From the human T2T-CHM13v2.0 reference genome, Homo sapiens: a DNA stretch of 64,000 nucleotides. Below the pieces are notes generated by a model. That model saw nothing but the letters and a program-made list of their open reading frames with translations, had not been told where the DNA came from and ran no database searches. The stretch is from the NCBI RefSeq assembly GCF_009914755.1, contig NC_060947.1, one strand, 5' to 3'. Position numbers and translations under genes: made by a program. Shown piece by piece: positions 46,225 to 59,948 of this stretch. Every line of letters begins with the position of its first letter. Positions within the stretch are counted from its first letter, which is position 1.

Positions 46225-49200
46225 TCTATTAGTTGGAAATCATTTATTGCCTCTATAAAAGTTTAAATAAAAACTCTACAAAAATTCACATTACAGTCTG
46301 ATGTGGTTTTAAGGTGACAGTATATTTCAGAGGTAGTACTAGTAAAATGGGATGCAGGATTGCTAAAATGAATTACTTAACAAGTTAATGCAAAATAAAA
46401 TTTCAGTGTGGAGCAATATACACTCAGTATATATTTTAATGAAACAATTTTAATTATATTTGCTTGAAAATATCACTTTACTCTTTTTTCCCCCTAGCAA
46501 ATCTGTTCTTAATCAAAGTTTGTTTTCAGCAATGGTGTGTTGACTGTAGGTTCACAAGTTAGTAGCCTCCTTGATTATAGCATTACAGAGCATAGCTTGG
46601 TGAAGAGCATGATACAGTGCTGTCTGCCAAGGAAAATACCAACTTCAAAGAGAAATCTACCCATTTACCTAACATTTAGATACAGTGGTACTGATAACTC
46701 CCTTAAAAAGCTAACCTATCACATGTTTGCATGTTTAAGATCTGAATGAAAATCTAATATATTAAAAAAGTAGACAATATTTCTGGAATAACACAACTGT
46801 AATACGGAAGAAGGGCAGGAGTTAAAGTTTTCAGAATGTCTTTTAAAAAGGATCACAAAATAGTTGTCTGAGATGAAGAAACTATCCCTTGGAAATGGGC
46901 TGAATCCGATTCCCACCACCCCCACCAAAAAAGGCAACAAAGTCCATTTTAGAGCCCAAAATTATTTTAAATTAACCACTTATGTTTTCTCCTACAAACT
47001 TACAGACTGCTGAATATGAAAGTGCCTCACAATAGATGTTGCTGTCTTTGGAGAAATGGCTTCTTTGACATCTTTTGAGGTCTTGGTCGAATAAAGAGTA
47101 CAGGGTATAATTGGGTCTCAGCCTTTTCTTCTCCAACAATAACAAACATTTCTATCACATGCTTGCAATGGCAATACAAAAATCCTGCTGTTGATAACTG
47201 ACCTTAGGACAAAACATCCCCAGTTTCCATGAAGAGGCCAATTTTCTTTTAAGGTTTTCTTTGCATGTGCTAATTTTCCTATTCTCCAGAGCAATTGCAA
47301 TTCTCATTTTCTTGTGAATAAGTTTAGCTTGGCTGAAAAGAAGAAAATACCTTCCTTTTTTTTTCATATGTACACATTTTGGAAGGTAAGTGCTCTTACA
47401 TACACATTTCTGGCTTAAAAACTGCTTGGCTGTTCTAAGCTTAAAGCAGACATAGAAATGTAGTTGAAAGAAAAAAAGAAGTTTTTTCTTGTTGTTGTTT
47501 TTTGTTTTTTGTTTTTTTCCACATTGGCTTCTGTCTCCCTGAGAGAGCCTTCAGATAGTAAGGTCTGTTTTAATAATCTCAAAGCCCTAAAGAAAGAAAC
47601 ACTAGTTAGTTAATTTTTATCCCCAGCCATGAAGATGTCCACAAGAGTAATTATAAGCTGATAATTTTTCCTGCTCTAACATATCTCAAAACCAACTCCT
47701 ATCTACATATGTAAAAAATATACTTTCTTCATAACAACTTTTCAAAGCTTGACCTTGACATCTTTTTCAAAGTCTACCATGAATAATTTCAATCTGGCAA
47801 TTATGATTCTTTTTCTATAGATAGAGGTATTTCCTTCAGTTCCTGCTACAGAATAGCCACATTTCATTTTAGAAGTGTTTTAATTCCAATGATGGTGAAG
47901 AAAAATATTCTGGTGCTGAAACACAAATTTCAAGACAAAAGGAGTTCTAAATGTATTGTTATGATTTATATAGTTTCTATTTTGATGAAATGTTAAACAG
48001 AGACAAAAAGATCATCTATGCTTTCTCTCAAAATTGTGGACTAGGAATCCTTCTAAGAATCACACCTAGCAGAACCTTAAATCTATTAAAAATTCTACTT
48101 AAATATGGTTTATTAATATCATAGAAGATGTTAAAAAGAAATAATTATTTGTGATGTTTACAGCTTGCTGAGAAATCCAATGTCCAGCACAGTGTCTTCT
48201 CTATAGCAGGAGCTCAACAAGTATTTTTCGATTTAGTGACTAATGGCTGATGCGTGACAAATAAAATCTATAGTGTTAAAAGCTGTAGGAGAGAATATAC
48301 CTATAGTTAATTTGCAATGAGAACCAAATAAGAAGGGGCTTAAATTGAAGCAGAAGTAATTATATTTGAAAGATAAACTCAATGACTATGAAGCAGACCC
48401 TAGGAGAGACTTGAAGGCCTGGAATTTGTTCATGCTACTTAATAAGTGGTTTCTAACTTCGTTGTATATGGGGGCGACTCTTCATCTCATGGAGGAGTTG
48501 GTGTGACTGGTACATTTAATCGTAATATCTGAGGCTCTGTTACTCTCTGCTGCTTTCTCTGAATGGAATTTGACTTGTCAGCAAGAAAAACTAACTATTG
48601 TTTGCAAAACTCCATATGGCTCAAGGAAGCATATCTGAACACTGAAATATTCCTACTAACAAAGGGACCATATCAGTAGTATGGCAGCAATATAAACAAA
48701 TAAGTGACAAAATGAAAGACTATCAGTGGGAGCTTACCTATTTGTGTGTGTGGGAGGATGGGACACTTCAAGGGTAAAGACATTTATGACTGCCTTTCTG
48801 TGTTCATAAGTTAGTACTAGTAAATTTCAAGATCAAATTTGGCTCTAATTACAAATTTTTAAAAATATCTGAATACCTACTAGGTACCAACAAAAATTAA
48901 AAACAAATTGGAAACAGAAACTTGATGGCTGAAACAGCCATCCAGCTACTTCATTAATCTTTTAGGTATAGATAGTAATTTAACCATGCAACACAATTGC
49001 ACACTGCCAAGTCACAAATATATGACACTGTGGGCTTAGGGAGAAACTGACATTTTTTCTTCTATGGGTCTTGGTAATACCATCTGGTACTCCAGAAAGG
49101 AAGAACTACAAAGAACAGTCTACAGTGTGTTGCCATCTGGTACCTACTAATAATAGAAAACTGGGTAGCTTGCCCATTTTAGGTGTGTACTCATAGAATA

Positions 49201-50239
49201 GTATTCATGGAATTCAGAAGACTGTGATTTACAACCAAAGTAGTATAACTCTTTTTGAATACTATCCTTGGCTGATGGCTCTGTACAGGCCTCATATGGA
49301 AATGAGGTAAATTTTGTGGCAAAGCTGAATGACTAAATTTTTAAAAAATCTCAGCAGCTTACCTTGACTTCCTGTTTCATAACATGTAAGAACTAAAAAA
49401 GAATTATAAAGATGGTGATAAATTTAAAATATTTGTGTAACACTTCATCTAACCCAGGTATACAAATTTACTACTGGAATGTCAATCGTATCAATACTTG
49501 TCATTTGTAGTAATGAAGAATCCCCATCAAGACTAATTTTGACAACATTTTGTTTCTGTACACTTCGTAATTTATTTGACGTTATGTTGGTTAAATTACC
49601 TTTCCATTGTGCTTCCCCACCCCCACACAAATATTTGGGTTAGATAATAGAAGAACACCAGCAATTTACAATTACATACCTGTAATCATTTAATTTTCAG
49701 TCATTAGTTTAAGTCAAATTTTCATAGGGGTTAAAAACTAAATCAGAGAACTCATTAAATAATGAGTTAAATAATTTTTTAAAGTTTTGTTTTAAATGTT
49801 CAGTCCACTTTCCTGAGAAAAAGTGTAAGTGGATGATAGGAAAAGGAGAGAAGAAGAAAGAAGATGTAATGGCTACAAAAACAAGACTAATCAAGCTGTA
49901 GCAACTTGATAAGCAATGCTGAAATGTCTTTAGTTATTTTGTCTCTGGTTAGAAATTAGACATAATGAATTTCAGGGTTAAACTGCTGAAACTTAAATAT
50001 AATTTTTTTCCAGAGTTCCATCAGTTAAAAAAATACTCTCTCAAACAATGCTTTTAAATTTCACCTACATTTTTGTTGCACTGTAGCCATTATATCTTGT
50101 ACATTCTTCACAGAATACGTCCGTTTCAACAATGTGTTTTCCCAACTAAAGAATACCAGGGCAACAGAATGCAGTTATCTTGAAATGCACACCTGTTACG
50201 AAGCCAAAAGACTGTATCATATATTCCCTCCAACTGAAA
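46225..50239 (-). other. HDX: HDX 3'UTR (~4 kb, AU-rich, largely repeat-free)
   Basis: Unique sequence between the TGA stop and the AATAAA; 3' boundary inferred. Confidence 0.7.
46243..46248 (-). terminator. HDX: Likely distal polyadenylation signal (AATAAA) of HDX
   Basis: TTTATT on the plus strand; U-rich downstream element on minus (TATTTCTTTATTTT); marks the edge of unique sequence about 4 kb after the stop codon. Confidence 0.65.
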
Positions 50240-50365
50240 TCACAAACTTTCTGAGACATTTTTCTCTGACAAAGAAGATACACTGAATGAGGTATCATCA
50301 GGCTCCAGTGAGGCATGATTGAAATCCATTTCCTCTAATTCAGGAGGTAAATCTGACAGCAGTGC
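50240..50365 (-). CDS. HDX: HDX last coding exon: ALLSDLPPELEEMDFNHASLEPDDTSFSVSSLSEKNVSESL*
   Basis: Acceptor TTTTTTTTATTCAG|GCA; 126 nt open to TGA; in frame with upstream exons; peptide recognised as the HDX C-terminus. Confidence 0.93.
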   Translation of the reverse strand, partial: ALLSDLPPELEEMDFNHASLEPDDTSFSVSSLSEKNVSESL

Positions 50366-52289
50366 CTGAATAAAAAAAATAATATTTTTGGATTAGTATG
50401 TGGATAGATTGTTTTCCAATTTATATTAATAGTTGTAGTCCTCCCATGGTGAATTATCCTTATGGATTTAAAGAATAATTTATATTTCAGGATCTTAGAC
50501 AATGCCTTACCTAAAAGAAAAATTCTTCATACATTATTCAGAAGGTAACAAAATTCTAGATGTTGAAAGTGTGAATTCTGTAGAGTAGAACCTGTACAAA
50601 GGGGATATTAGGAGGGAAATGAGCAACTCTTCTGAACCAAGTGCTTTGAAGTGTTTGAGGTTAGTGATTTTCATACTAGTTTTGAGTGTGCATTGATCAC
50701 TGTTTAAGGGATTTAAAATTGCGTTCTTTGTTAAAATATTCATGCCAGTTATGCTGTCCTTTGTAGAAGACTGCATTTAACAAAAGACTATTTTGTTCTT
50801 CAGTGGGAGAAAGAACTTAGTAGTTAGGAAAAACCTCCAGCTATTTTACTTTAGACTAAATTTTAACAACTTGAAAAGACCAAGTAATTTTATTTTTTCT
50901 TTCCTAAGGCTATGTTCATACCTACAGATGGCCAAGCACCCACCAGGGCACAGCTGAATCAGTGGATCTATCTGTAGTAATGATGTATCTGGAGGGCTAC
51001 TCATTTCTCTGCTTGAGTAATAAGGATAATCCAATAATGATGAAATAAGCTTTGTCATGGTCTAATTGTTTTATCTGAAGTTGTAGAACATGCACCCATT
51101 CTAAAGAAATAAATGATTAATCAAGTTTTACGCAGCTGACAATGCTAATGTTCACTTGACCATGAGGAACTTTGAACTTAATGATTGATTTGCTGCTTCC
51201 AATACTAAGAATAATGTAGCATATCTGGCAATTTTTAGACAGTATTACTTGTAATGTGGGCTTTGGGTGCAGTGGTAAATAAAGACCAAGGGAACAGGAA
51301 GAAATGAAAGCTTGTCACTAGCCAATTAAGGAACAGAAAGGGCATGTTGGAGAATATATGAAATCCACTGTTGAAATAAGACAGTATGCACTCATTCTCT
51401 TTATTAAAATAAGTGGCAGCTGCAAATCCTATACTTCCTGCCTTGTAGCACAGGGGCAAGATCAAAACATTCTCATTTTTATCAGGCTATGTAAGGGAAG
51501 ACTAACCCCTATCTGGCAGACTAGCTGTTATTATTTATTTTATAAAATTGAATTTCTCATTAATTTATTGCTGGAACTGAGAGTATATACACAGTAAACT
51601 AACTTAAAGGTAATGCCTGCTTTCTAAGTGGCTAGATTGCAGTAATAGGACACGGAGCCATTTTCTCCTAGAAAAGTGTTTTACCACTAACCCAGTCCCA
51701 GTGCAATGGGGTCTTTTCTGACATTGGCTGATCAGTCTATATGACATACATCACTGGATTTAACTCGCTTTGCAATTCTGAAGATGCCATATTAAAGAGG
51801 AGAAAGTGTTCAAATTAACATTGACTGAACATGTTCTTAGAGTCAGAAAGTCAAGAGAATAAGATTTCATGATATTCTAATTTCTAATTTCTAGTGGGGA
51901 GATTACAAATCAAAGAAGCATTATTATTTATTTCTTTGTTACTGCATTATAAGTAGTTGAGTAAAATGAGTGCAGTAAAAAATATAAAAATTTTAATATC
52001 TGAGGCAGCATAGGGCACAACTAATACATGTGGTCCACTTTAAAATTCTTCTTTCAATATCTTACTAGATTTGCAACTGAAAAAAATCTTTGGATTATAA
52101 CAATTGTTGGAACTGCCTTTTTCACAGATACTAACGTGAATACGATTAACTTTCTTTATTACAAATGTTTCATAAATGACAACTATCCTCAGGGTCTGAC
52201 CTACGGTCATTTTTCCCAAGAGATTAAAGCATTTTCCATATGCTCAGATCTATAACACTTATTCTAGACCCTATGGTATGAATATCAAG

Positions 52290-52420
52290 TTCTGTAGTAT
52301 TAATCATTCTTATCCCACTTGCAAAGTGGAGAAATTGAAGTTCAAGAAACGCAATTGATCTGGCTAGGAACACGCAGTGAATTATCAGGGGAAGCAAGAC
52401 CATAGCAAATGACTAAGTAT
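52290..52420 (-). mobile_element. MIR relic (intronic)
   Basis: TTATCCCACTTGCAAAGTGGAGAAATTGAAGTTCAAG...ACACGCAG. Confidence 0.5.
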
Positions 52421-54528
52421 AATGCTGAAAATATTACTTTGATTTTAAAGTGGCTATTGATTTAAATAACAACAACAACAAAATCTTTGGGTAATCTAGT
52501 GTTTCAGTCAGAGAGTATCACATTTTGTAAACCCTGGACTACTTCAATGGTCCAAAATATTCTGTGGACCACACATCTGACTCAACTTACACAAATCAAG
52601 ATTAATGGAAGAAAACTGAAGATCTTTTTTAAAATTAAAAACCAGTGACATGTGGTTGTCTTTTATTAGGTAGAATAAAAATTAACTCCTTCCAGAAATA
52701 AACCTATAAATATTTCATGATGTAAAGATCAGTAGTTTAAGCGATTACCTAGATAACTTTTTTGGACTACTATTCGTGTCTTCTATATTTTGTGACCATA
52801 TTCTAAGATTCATTATACTCATTCTTAATTATACAAATTAGTAGTTTCTATTTGGTGCTGATTATACTGGCTATGAAGTTCACTACAATTTTTGAATCAT
52901 GTTCTCTTTCAACCAACTTTTGTCCATATACTAATTTATTAGTCTTTAATCAGAGGGAAAGAAGAGGAAGAGAAAAATAAAAATGCACATTAATTACATT
53001 TGTTATTGGTCTTGGGAAAAGAACCAAACCAGGAATGAAGTTAGAATTAGAAAATAAAATGGGGTCTGTGTACTATTCCTAGATGTCAAGAGGCACAGAA
53101 ACTTGCTAGTTACTTGGCCATATAACTCTCAATTCACAACCATGCTATGACTTTCAAAACAAGAGCCACACTTTAAGTTATTCCTCTGCTTGTACCTAAT
53201 TTTGTTTATTCACAGTTATTTAAAACTTACAGTACTCTTGGGACCATGTTCAAAACTACCTCCCCTATTCATTTAAAATCTGCATTTTAGGTTTCTAAAA
53301 AATAAACACATTTTCAGTATGTCGTGGAATATACATAACTCACATAATAAACCAATATGCTTAAATTAAGCTGGCAAAGGTAAATGAAAGCTACTGTCTT
53401 GAGATGTCTGTGTGTGTGACAGGGTGTATGGGGAGTAAAATTCGTGAAACTTGACACATAATATACATGCTGGTTTGAGCCTCATGAGTAAATTCATTAG
53501 TTTCAATTTTGTGGTTCAGCACTTCAGTAAAATATATAAAGGCTATTTCTTGGGAAAAAAAGGGAGGCTTATGGAATGTTATGGCTTTAATCTTTTTCCT
53601 TAGGGATGTCTGAGATGGGCTATATACATGCTGTCTTTCTTTGATATAAGAGATGAATATTTGTACTCCTGACATTCCTTGATGAATAAAAACCTCTGAG
53701 ACTGTTTCCTAAACAAGGGTTACATATGTCTCACACTACTCCTATAGAACTGTGACAAGGAATCAGCATAATGTCATATAGCTCAAATGAAAATTTGGTA
53801 TAATTTAATATTACATGGTACATTTATTATAATTCTATAGTTTTTAGCAGGCTTAACAAATTATTATATAGATCTCACATGAATGTATGAGACACAAAAT
53901 ATAATTTGGGAGGAACTGGTAAACAAAAACCCACATCAACATGCAAAAGACAATACATTTCATCTTTGGAGTCAAAAATTCAAATACTCAAATACTTAAA
54001 TTGGGAAAAGTAAGTGATGCACTGTGGAAACAAAGAGTTTCACAAAGTAATTTCATATTTTCTTAGTGATGAGCAACACATTACAGAATAGAAGATGTCC
54101 AAACATCTGTGAACTGTAGTGGAGGTTGGCAGGAAATTAAGATCCAGAAGAGATGCAAAGAAATGCTTTAACTCTTTCATTCACAAAAGGTCCCAAAATA
54201 TGTGCCTCTCTAGTTAGGGTAGCCTAGTTTCTATCAACATTTTCAGAAATTTCTTTGAAATTAATTTTAAAGTTATTTTCCTCACCTAAAGACTAACCTG
54301 ACATTAAAAGCATGTTAATCAATTATTTTGATTTTCCACTGAAGGAGCACACAAAATCTGAGCATCTATTCTCAAGAAAACTGTTTGCAAAGGTCATGAA
54401 ATAACAAATATTTCCTCCATGCCAAGCAGAAATGAAGTATTAAAATGAAAACATATGAAGAACCCAAGTGTGACATACCATTTTTTGACTTGATACATTG
54501 CAGCTTACTAGTCTTTCCTGGGACCTAC

Positions 54529-54651
54529 CTGCTGTTGTTCCTTATCATCAGCTTTCATTGCTAATATCAAGCTTCTAACAAAAGTCTGAAGTTTAAAGTA
54601 TTTTTGCTTTTGAATCTCGAGCTCATTTTCAATGAATTTGACTTCTTCATT
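54529..54651 (-). CDS. HDX: HDX penultimate exon: NEEVKFIENELEIQKQKYFKLQTFVRSLILAMKADDKEQQQ (predicted helical/coiled coil)
   Basis: Acceptor TTTTCTCTTTCAG|AAT; donor CAG|GTAGGT; 123 nt, phase 0/0, no stops. Confidence 0.93.
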
Positions 54652-54981
54652 CTGAAAGAGAAAATACCAAATGATACAATTACCTTATGTAAACCCAGGA
54701 CTATACATGTTTGATGCACAATAAAATTCTAAAAAACCATCAAATTAGAAGGACAATAAAGAAAACAAAATGTTAACATAAAGGAATACAAAGCATGGAA
54801 GAAAATGATCCTGTTAGTCACAGGATGCCTTTTAAGCAAATCACTAATAGAAAACAATTTATAAAGTCAAAAACCAATCCAATAAGTTCCAGTAAGAGAA
54901 AAACCAAAAAACAGCTCCCTTCTTGGAAAGACCCCTCCTATATCAAGCCTAATTGGCATTCAGATTAAGATTAAGAATAAA

Positions 54982-55280
54982 GGTTGGGTGCGTGGCTCAC
55001 ACCTGTAACCCCAGCACTTTGGGAGGCCGAGGCGGGTGGATCACCTTAGGTCAGAAGTTTGAGACCAGCCTGGCCAACATGGTGAAACCCCGTCTCTACT
55101 AAAAATACAAAAATTAGTAGGGCATGGTGGTGTGTGCCTGTAGTCCAAGCTACTTGGGAGGCTGAGGCAGAAGAATCACTTGAACCTTGGAGGTGGGCAG
55201 AGGTTGCAGTGAGCAGAGATCGCACTGCTGCACTGCAGCCTGGGCAACAAGAGTGAGACTGTCTCAAAAAAAAAAAAAAA
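54982..55280 (+). mobile_element. AluS, full length, antisense to HDX
   Basis: Alu dimer plus A-tail; TSD AAGATTA(A/G)GAATA. Confidence 0.95.
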
Positions 55281-55569
55281 GATTAGGAATAGATAGAGTC
55301 CAATTAACCCAAAGAGCAATAGCAGACACAGTAATGTTGAATTTGCCATTCAGAAAGCCAACTACTCAGAACTTAAATGGTGAATTTGCACCAAGAAGAG
55401 CCTGAAATTACTAAGATTGTCTTAAGTTTTTTGCTGAACCTCCACAGATTAAGTAGGAGTCTGTTATTCCAAGAAATCTGAAAATGTACCACTGTGTACT
55501 ATTGGTGTAAGAATCAGTTACTCTTTACTATTTTTGCTAGTCGTATAGGTAAAACAACTGGACTAATAT

Positions 55570-55728
55570 TTGGGAGTATTCTAGTGCCAGGTCTACTGAT
55601 AACTGTAAACTTAGGTGGGAGACTCTCTTTACTCATCAGTAAAATGGTTATTATACTGGTAATCCCTGACAGTTCTAGCTTTGAGGGCTATAACACTCAA
55701 ATAAGATAATGGCCATGAAAGTGCTCTG
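55570..55728 (+). mobile_element. MIR relic
   Basis: TTACTCATCAGTAAAATGG...AAATAAGATAATGGCCATGAAAGTGCTCTG. Confidence 0.55.
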
Positions 55729-56139
55729 AATAGATTTACTATGAAAGCCACAGTAATCAAGAAAGGATGGTATTGCATAAGGATAGACATATCAACCAAT
55801 GGAAAAAAATAGAGAGACCAGAAATAAATCCCCACAAAAATGGTCGATTGATTTTCAACAAAGGTGCTGAGGTCACCCAATAGATAAAAAAAGTATTGTC
55901 TTTCAATAAACAGTGGTTAAACAAATGTAAATCCACATGCAAAAAAAAAGTTATCGGCCCTTACCTCACATCATAGACAAAGTGTAACAAGACATGGATC
56001 ATAGACCTAAAACTAAAATGCATAATAAAACTGAAACTTTTAGAGGAAAACAGAGGAGAAAATCTTCGTTACCTTGGGTTAGGCAAAAAGTTTCTTAAAT
56101 AGAACACAAAAATTATGGAACTTTAAAAAAAAGAAAACT

Positions 56140-56467
56140 TTTATTTTAATTTATTTAGTTAAATCAATTTTATTTATTTATTTTTTATTTAGAGACAGGG
56201 ACTTGCTCTGTTGCCCATACTGGAGTGCAGTGGTACAATCATAGCTCACTGCCACCTTGAACTACTGTGCTCAAGGGATCCTCTCACCTCAGTAGCTAGA
56301 CTACAGGTATGCACCACCATCCATGGCTAATTATTTTTTAACTTTTTTGTAGAAATGGGGTCTCCTTATTTTGCCCAGGCTAGTCTTGAACTCCTGGTCT
56401 CAAGCGATCCTCCCACATCAGTCTCCCAAAGTGTTGGTATTACGGGGATGCATTATTGTGCCTAGCC
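56140..56467 (-). mobile_element. AluJ
   Basis: T-rich tail; GAGACAGGGACTTGCTCTGTTGCCC...TCAAGCGATCCTCCC...GTGCCTAGCC. Confidence 0.9.
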
Positions 56468-56486
56468 TCAAGAAAGACCTATTTTA

Positions 56487-56737
<251 letters not shown>

Positions 56738-57108
56738 TGATACAAAAAACAACTTTGCTCTTTAAAATATATTGTAAAGAAAATAAAAATAAAACCACAT
56801 ATTGGGAGAAAATATTTTCAAACCATACATCTGACAAAGGACTTGGATTCAGAATACATGAAGAACTGTTACAACTCAATTATGAGATGAGCAACAAAGT
56901 AAAAAGCAAAATATTTGAACACACTCTTCATCAAATAAGGTATCTGAATGACCAATAAGCACGTCAAAATATGCTTAATATCATTTGTTCTTAAAGAAAT
57001 ACAGATTAAAACCCCAAAGAGATACTACTACTGACATATTACAATAGTTAAAGAGATTGACAGTACCAAGTGCTGACAAGAATGTGGAGCAATTAGAAGT
57101 CTCATACA

Positions 57109-57700
57109 TGTTGACAAAACGTGTCAACCTCTATAAAATCCTTGAAGAGATTGATTCTGAGCCAAATATGAGTGACCAATGGCCTGTAACACAACCCTCA
57201 GGAGATCTTGAGAAATGTGCCCAAGGTGGTTGGGCCACCACTTGATTTTATACATTTTAGAAAGACACAAGGCATAAATCTATATTTGTAAATTGTACAT
57301 TGGTTTGGTTCAGAAAGGGGGGACAACTGGAAGCAGAGGCTTCCAGGTCAAACACAGATTCAAAGATTTTCTCATTGGAAATTGCATGAAAGAGTTATCA
57401 ACAGAAAGGAATGTCTGAGTTATGATTAGGGGTTGTGGAGACCAAGGTTTTATCTTGCAGATGAAGGCTCCAGGTAGTAGGCTTCAGAGAGAATAGATTG
57501 TAAGTGTTTCTTATCAGACTTAAAGAATCTGTTTTATCAGTGATTCCAAACGGGAGGAAGATATAATGAGGCATGGCCAGCTCGCCCTTCCCATCATGGC
57601 CTGAACTAATTTTTCAGGTTAACTTTGAAATGCCTTTGGCCAAGAGGGGGGGTTCATTCAGATGGTTGAGGGTCTTACAATTTTATTTTTGGTTTATTAA
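57109..57700 (-). mobile_element. ERV1 solo LTR (MER4A/MER4A1-like)
   Basis: Minus strand begins AAACCAAAAATAAAATTGTAAGACCCTCAACCATCTGAATG...AAAGTTAACCTGAAAAATTAGTTCAGGCCATGATGGG and ends TTGTCAACA; candidate 4-bp TSD TACA. Confidence 0.8.
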
Positions 57701-58089
57701 TACATACATTATTGGTGAAAGTGTAAAATGGTACAGCTACTTTGGAAAATATTTTGGCAGTTTCTTATGAAATTCAACATAATCTTTCTTAACGTAAGAC
57801 TCAGCAATCCTACTTTGAGGTATTTACCCAAGATAAATGAAAACACATGTCATTAAAAGACTTATACATCAATATTCATAGCAGGTTTATTTATAATAGT
57901 CCCAAACCAGAAGGCGTTCAAGACTTCATTAGCAGGTGAATAAACAAATTATGGTGGTGTTTACACAACTATGTCCACCTGTCAAAACTCATTTAACTGT
58001 ATACTTAAGAAGATGAATTTTATTGTATGAAAATTATGCATCAAGTAACCTGATTAAAAATAAAGTCTATCCCAAAGGGGGGAAATAAA

Positions 58090-58575
58090 ACCTCTTCCTT
58101 CTGTCTAACTGACACTTTGTATCCTCTGACCATCATTCCCTTATTTCCCAGCCTCCCACAAGCCCTTGGTAACCACCATTCTACTCTCTGCTTGTTTGAA
58201 TTTGATTGTTTTTGATTGCGCACATTAAGTGAGAACGTGATGGGAGTCTTTTTGTTAATGGCTTATTTCATTTAGCATAATGTTCTCCAATTCTCTCCAT
58301 GTTTTTTCAAACAACAAAGTATTTTTATATGCTGAATTGTATGAATGGTGAATATGGTAAATAATAATAATATATTGTACATTTCAAAATCACTATGAGA
58401 AAATTTGAAATGTTTTCACCACAAAATATGGTATCTGTGGTGGTGGATATGTTATGTCGTTTGATTTAATTAATCCACTTGGTATTCATAAATCATAACA
58501 GCATTTTGTACCCTATAAATATACACAACTCTTACTTGTCAGTTTACCATTAAAAAGTAAAAATTATTCTAAAAA
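58090..58575 (+). mobile_element. L1MA 3' fragment with inverted 5' half
   Basis: Antisense piece 58090-58340 (GGTAACCACCATTCTACTCTCTGCTT), then sense terminal piece (ATTGTACATTTCAAAATCAC...GTACCCTATAAATATACACAA). Confidence 0.7.
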
Positions 58576-59948
58576 AATAATCAGCCAGTTACCATTTCAA
58601 AAAACATGGAAGTAGCCTATGACTATTCTTTGCATCTGGCAAACTGGTCTCAAAATCATAGCAGGACTTTTAAGAGCATTTGTTCAAAAAACCAAATTAA
58701 AGTATATTAAAATTAATTGGTTACATGGATATTTTTGTTGTTTCAATTGAGAGGATGGTGTAGTATTTATCATATTCAATCTATTAACATGTTTACTATA
58801 TCATTTATTTTATCAGCTTAGTTAAAAACTTTTTTTACCTGAACATGCTCCTGTCATAATATATTTTACTAAATTTAGGCCTTTGCTTTATTAGTATTCA
58901 TTGTTGGAGCAGTAGTATTAGTAAAGTGCTGACCAGGAAGTCGTTTCTAATACAAGAGATATACGTTATCATTATAGTAGTATCTGGTTTGAATGCACAG
59001 TCCTTCTTAGCTGCATTCAAGTGTATTAGGAAACATTGATTCACATTTGCAAAAGTCATGAAGCATCTTTTGGTATGCAGACTTCTAATTCTTCATGCAA
59101 ATATTTCTCCTCCTCAGTATTTATGCAATGTTTGAAAAATATAAACAGCTTTAAGATAATTTAATATTGCAGACATTTTCTTCACAGAGCTGCTTTGCAA
59201 GCCTATTAAATACTTCCTAGATAACAGGCAGTAATTTATGTATACTTTCAAGATTTTCTAAGTAAATCAATGCTTGTGAGAGGAACTAGTATCATAACAT
59301 CAGTTACTGAATATCATAAAACAAGATCTATCTTATTTTTATTGTTGTTAAAACCCTACCTACATTTTGAGTAAACTTTGTTAGTTCTTCGTCAAGATGA
59401 TAGTAAGGAGAACTCCAGTTTCCACATTGACCAGAGCTTTGATCTCTGAGCAAGCTATTAATGACTGCCAAGTCTGAGGTGCTATTTTATGATGCAGTTA
59501 CTCTTGCCTCAGGTACTGAGCCCATCAAAGTGTCTCATAAACATTTTGTGTTATTTAGAATTCCTAAGAACATGGATTTCTAGTGATGTATCTCAGTCAA
59601 AAACTCCACTATGACCAAAATGAGTATGGATGGTTGCATAGTAATAATTATCAAATGCACCATTGGAAACATTCTTTCAGTTTGCCACATGAAATCTCAA
59701 GAATGAGAGACTGTATAATTCAGTGTAGGGGAAAAATACAATGATCCAGCTCCTGATTTTATATAAATGAGTACTTGCATAATAGTTTTAAAATTATTTC
59801 CAAAGATAAATTAAGTCATTTGTTCACTCACTCAGCAACTACTGTAACTATAGTTACAGTTGAACAATTATATGACAGGCTCTCAACCAGGTAACACATA
59901 GGTGAATAAAATAAGTCTCTTCTCACAGGAGGTTTAGGATGAATATAT

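Noticed and set aside
48730-49685. Donor-like GTAAGC/GTATGT motifs in the 3'UTR (possible UTR intron)
   Set aside because: Isolated motifs expected by chance in 4 kb; I could not pair them with a convincing acceptor
54982-55280. Exonisation of the antisense AluS into HDX
   Set aside because: A poly(T)/AG acceptor is present, but the usual right-arm donor reads CAG|GCACAC rather than a functional GT site
57109-57128. Small hairpin GTTGACA-AAACG-TGTCAAC
   Set aside because: It is just the diverged terminus of the MER4-type LTR
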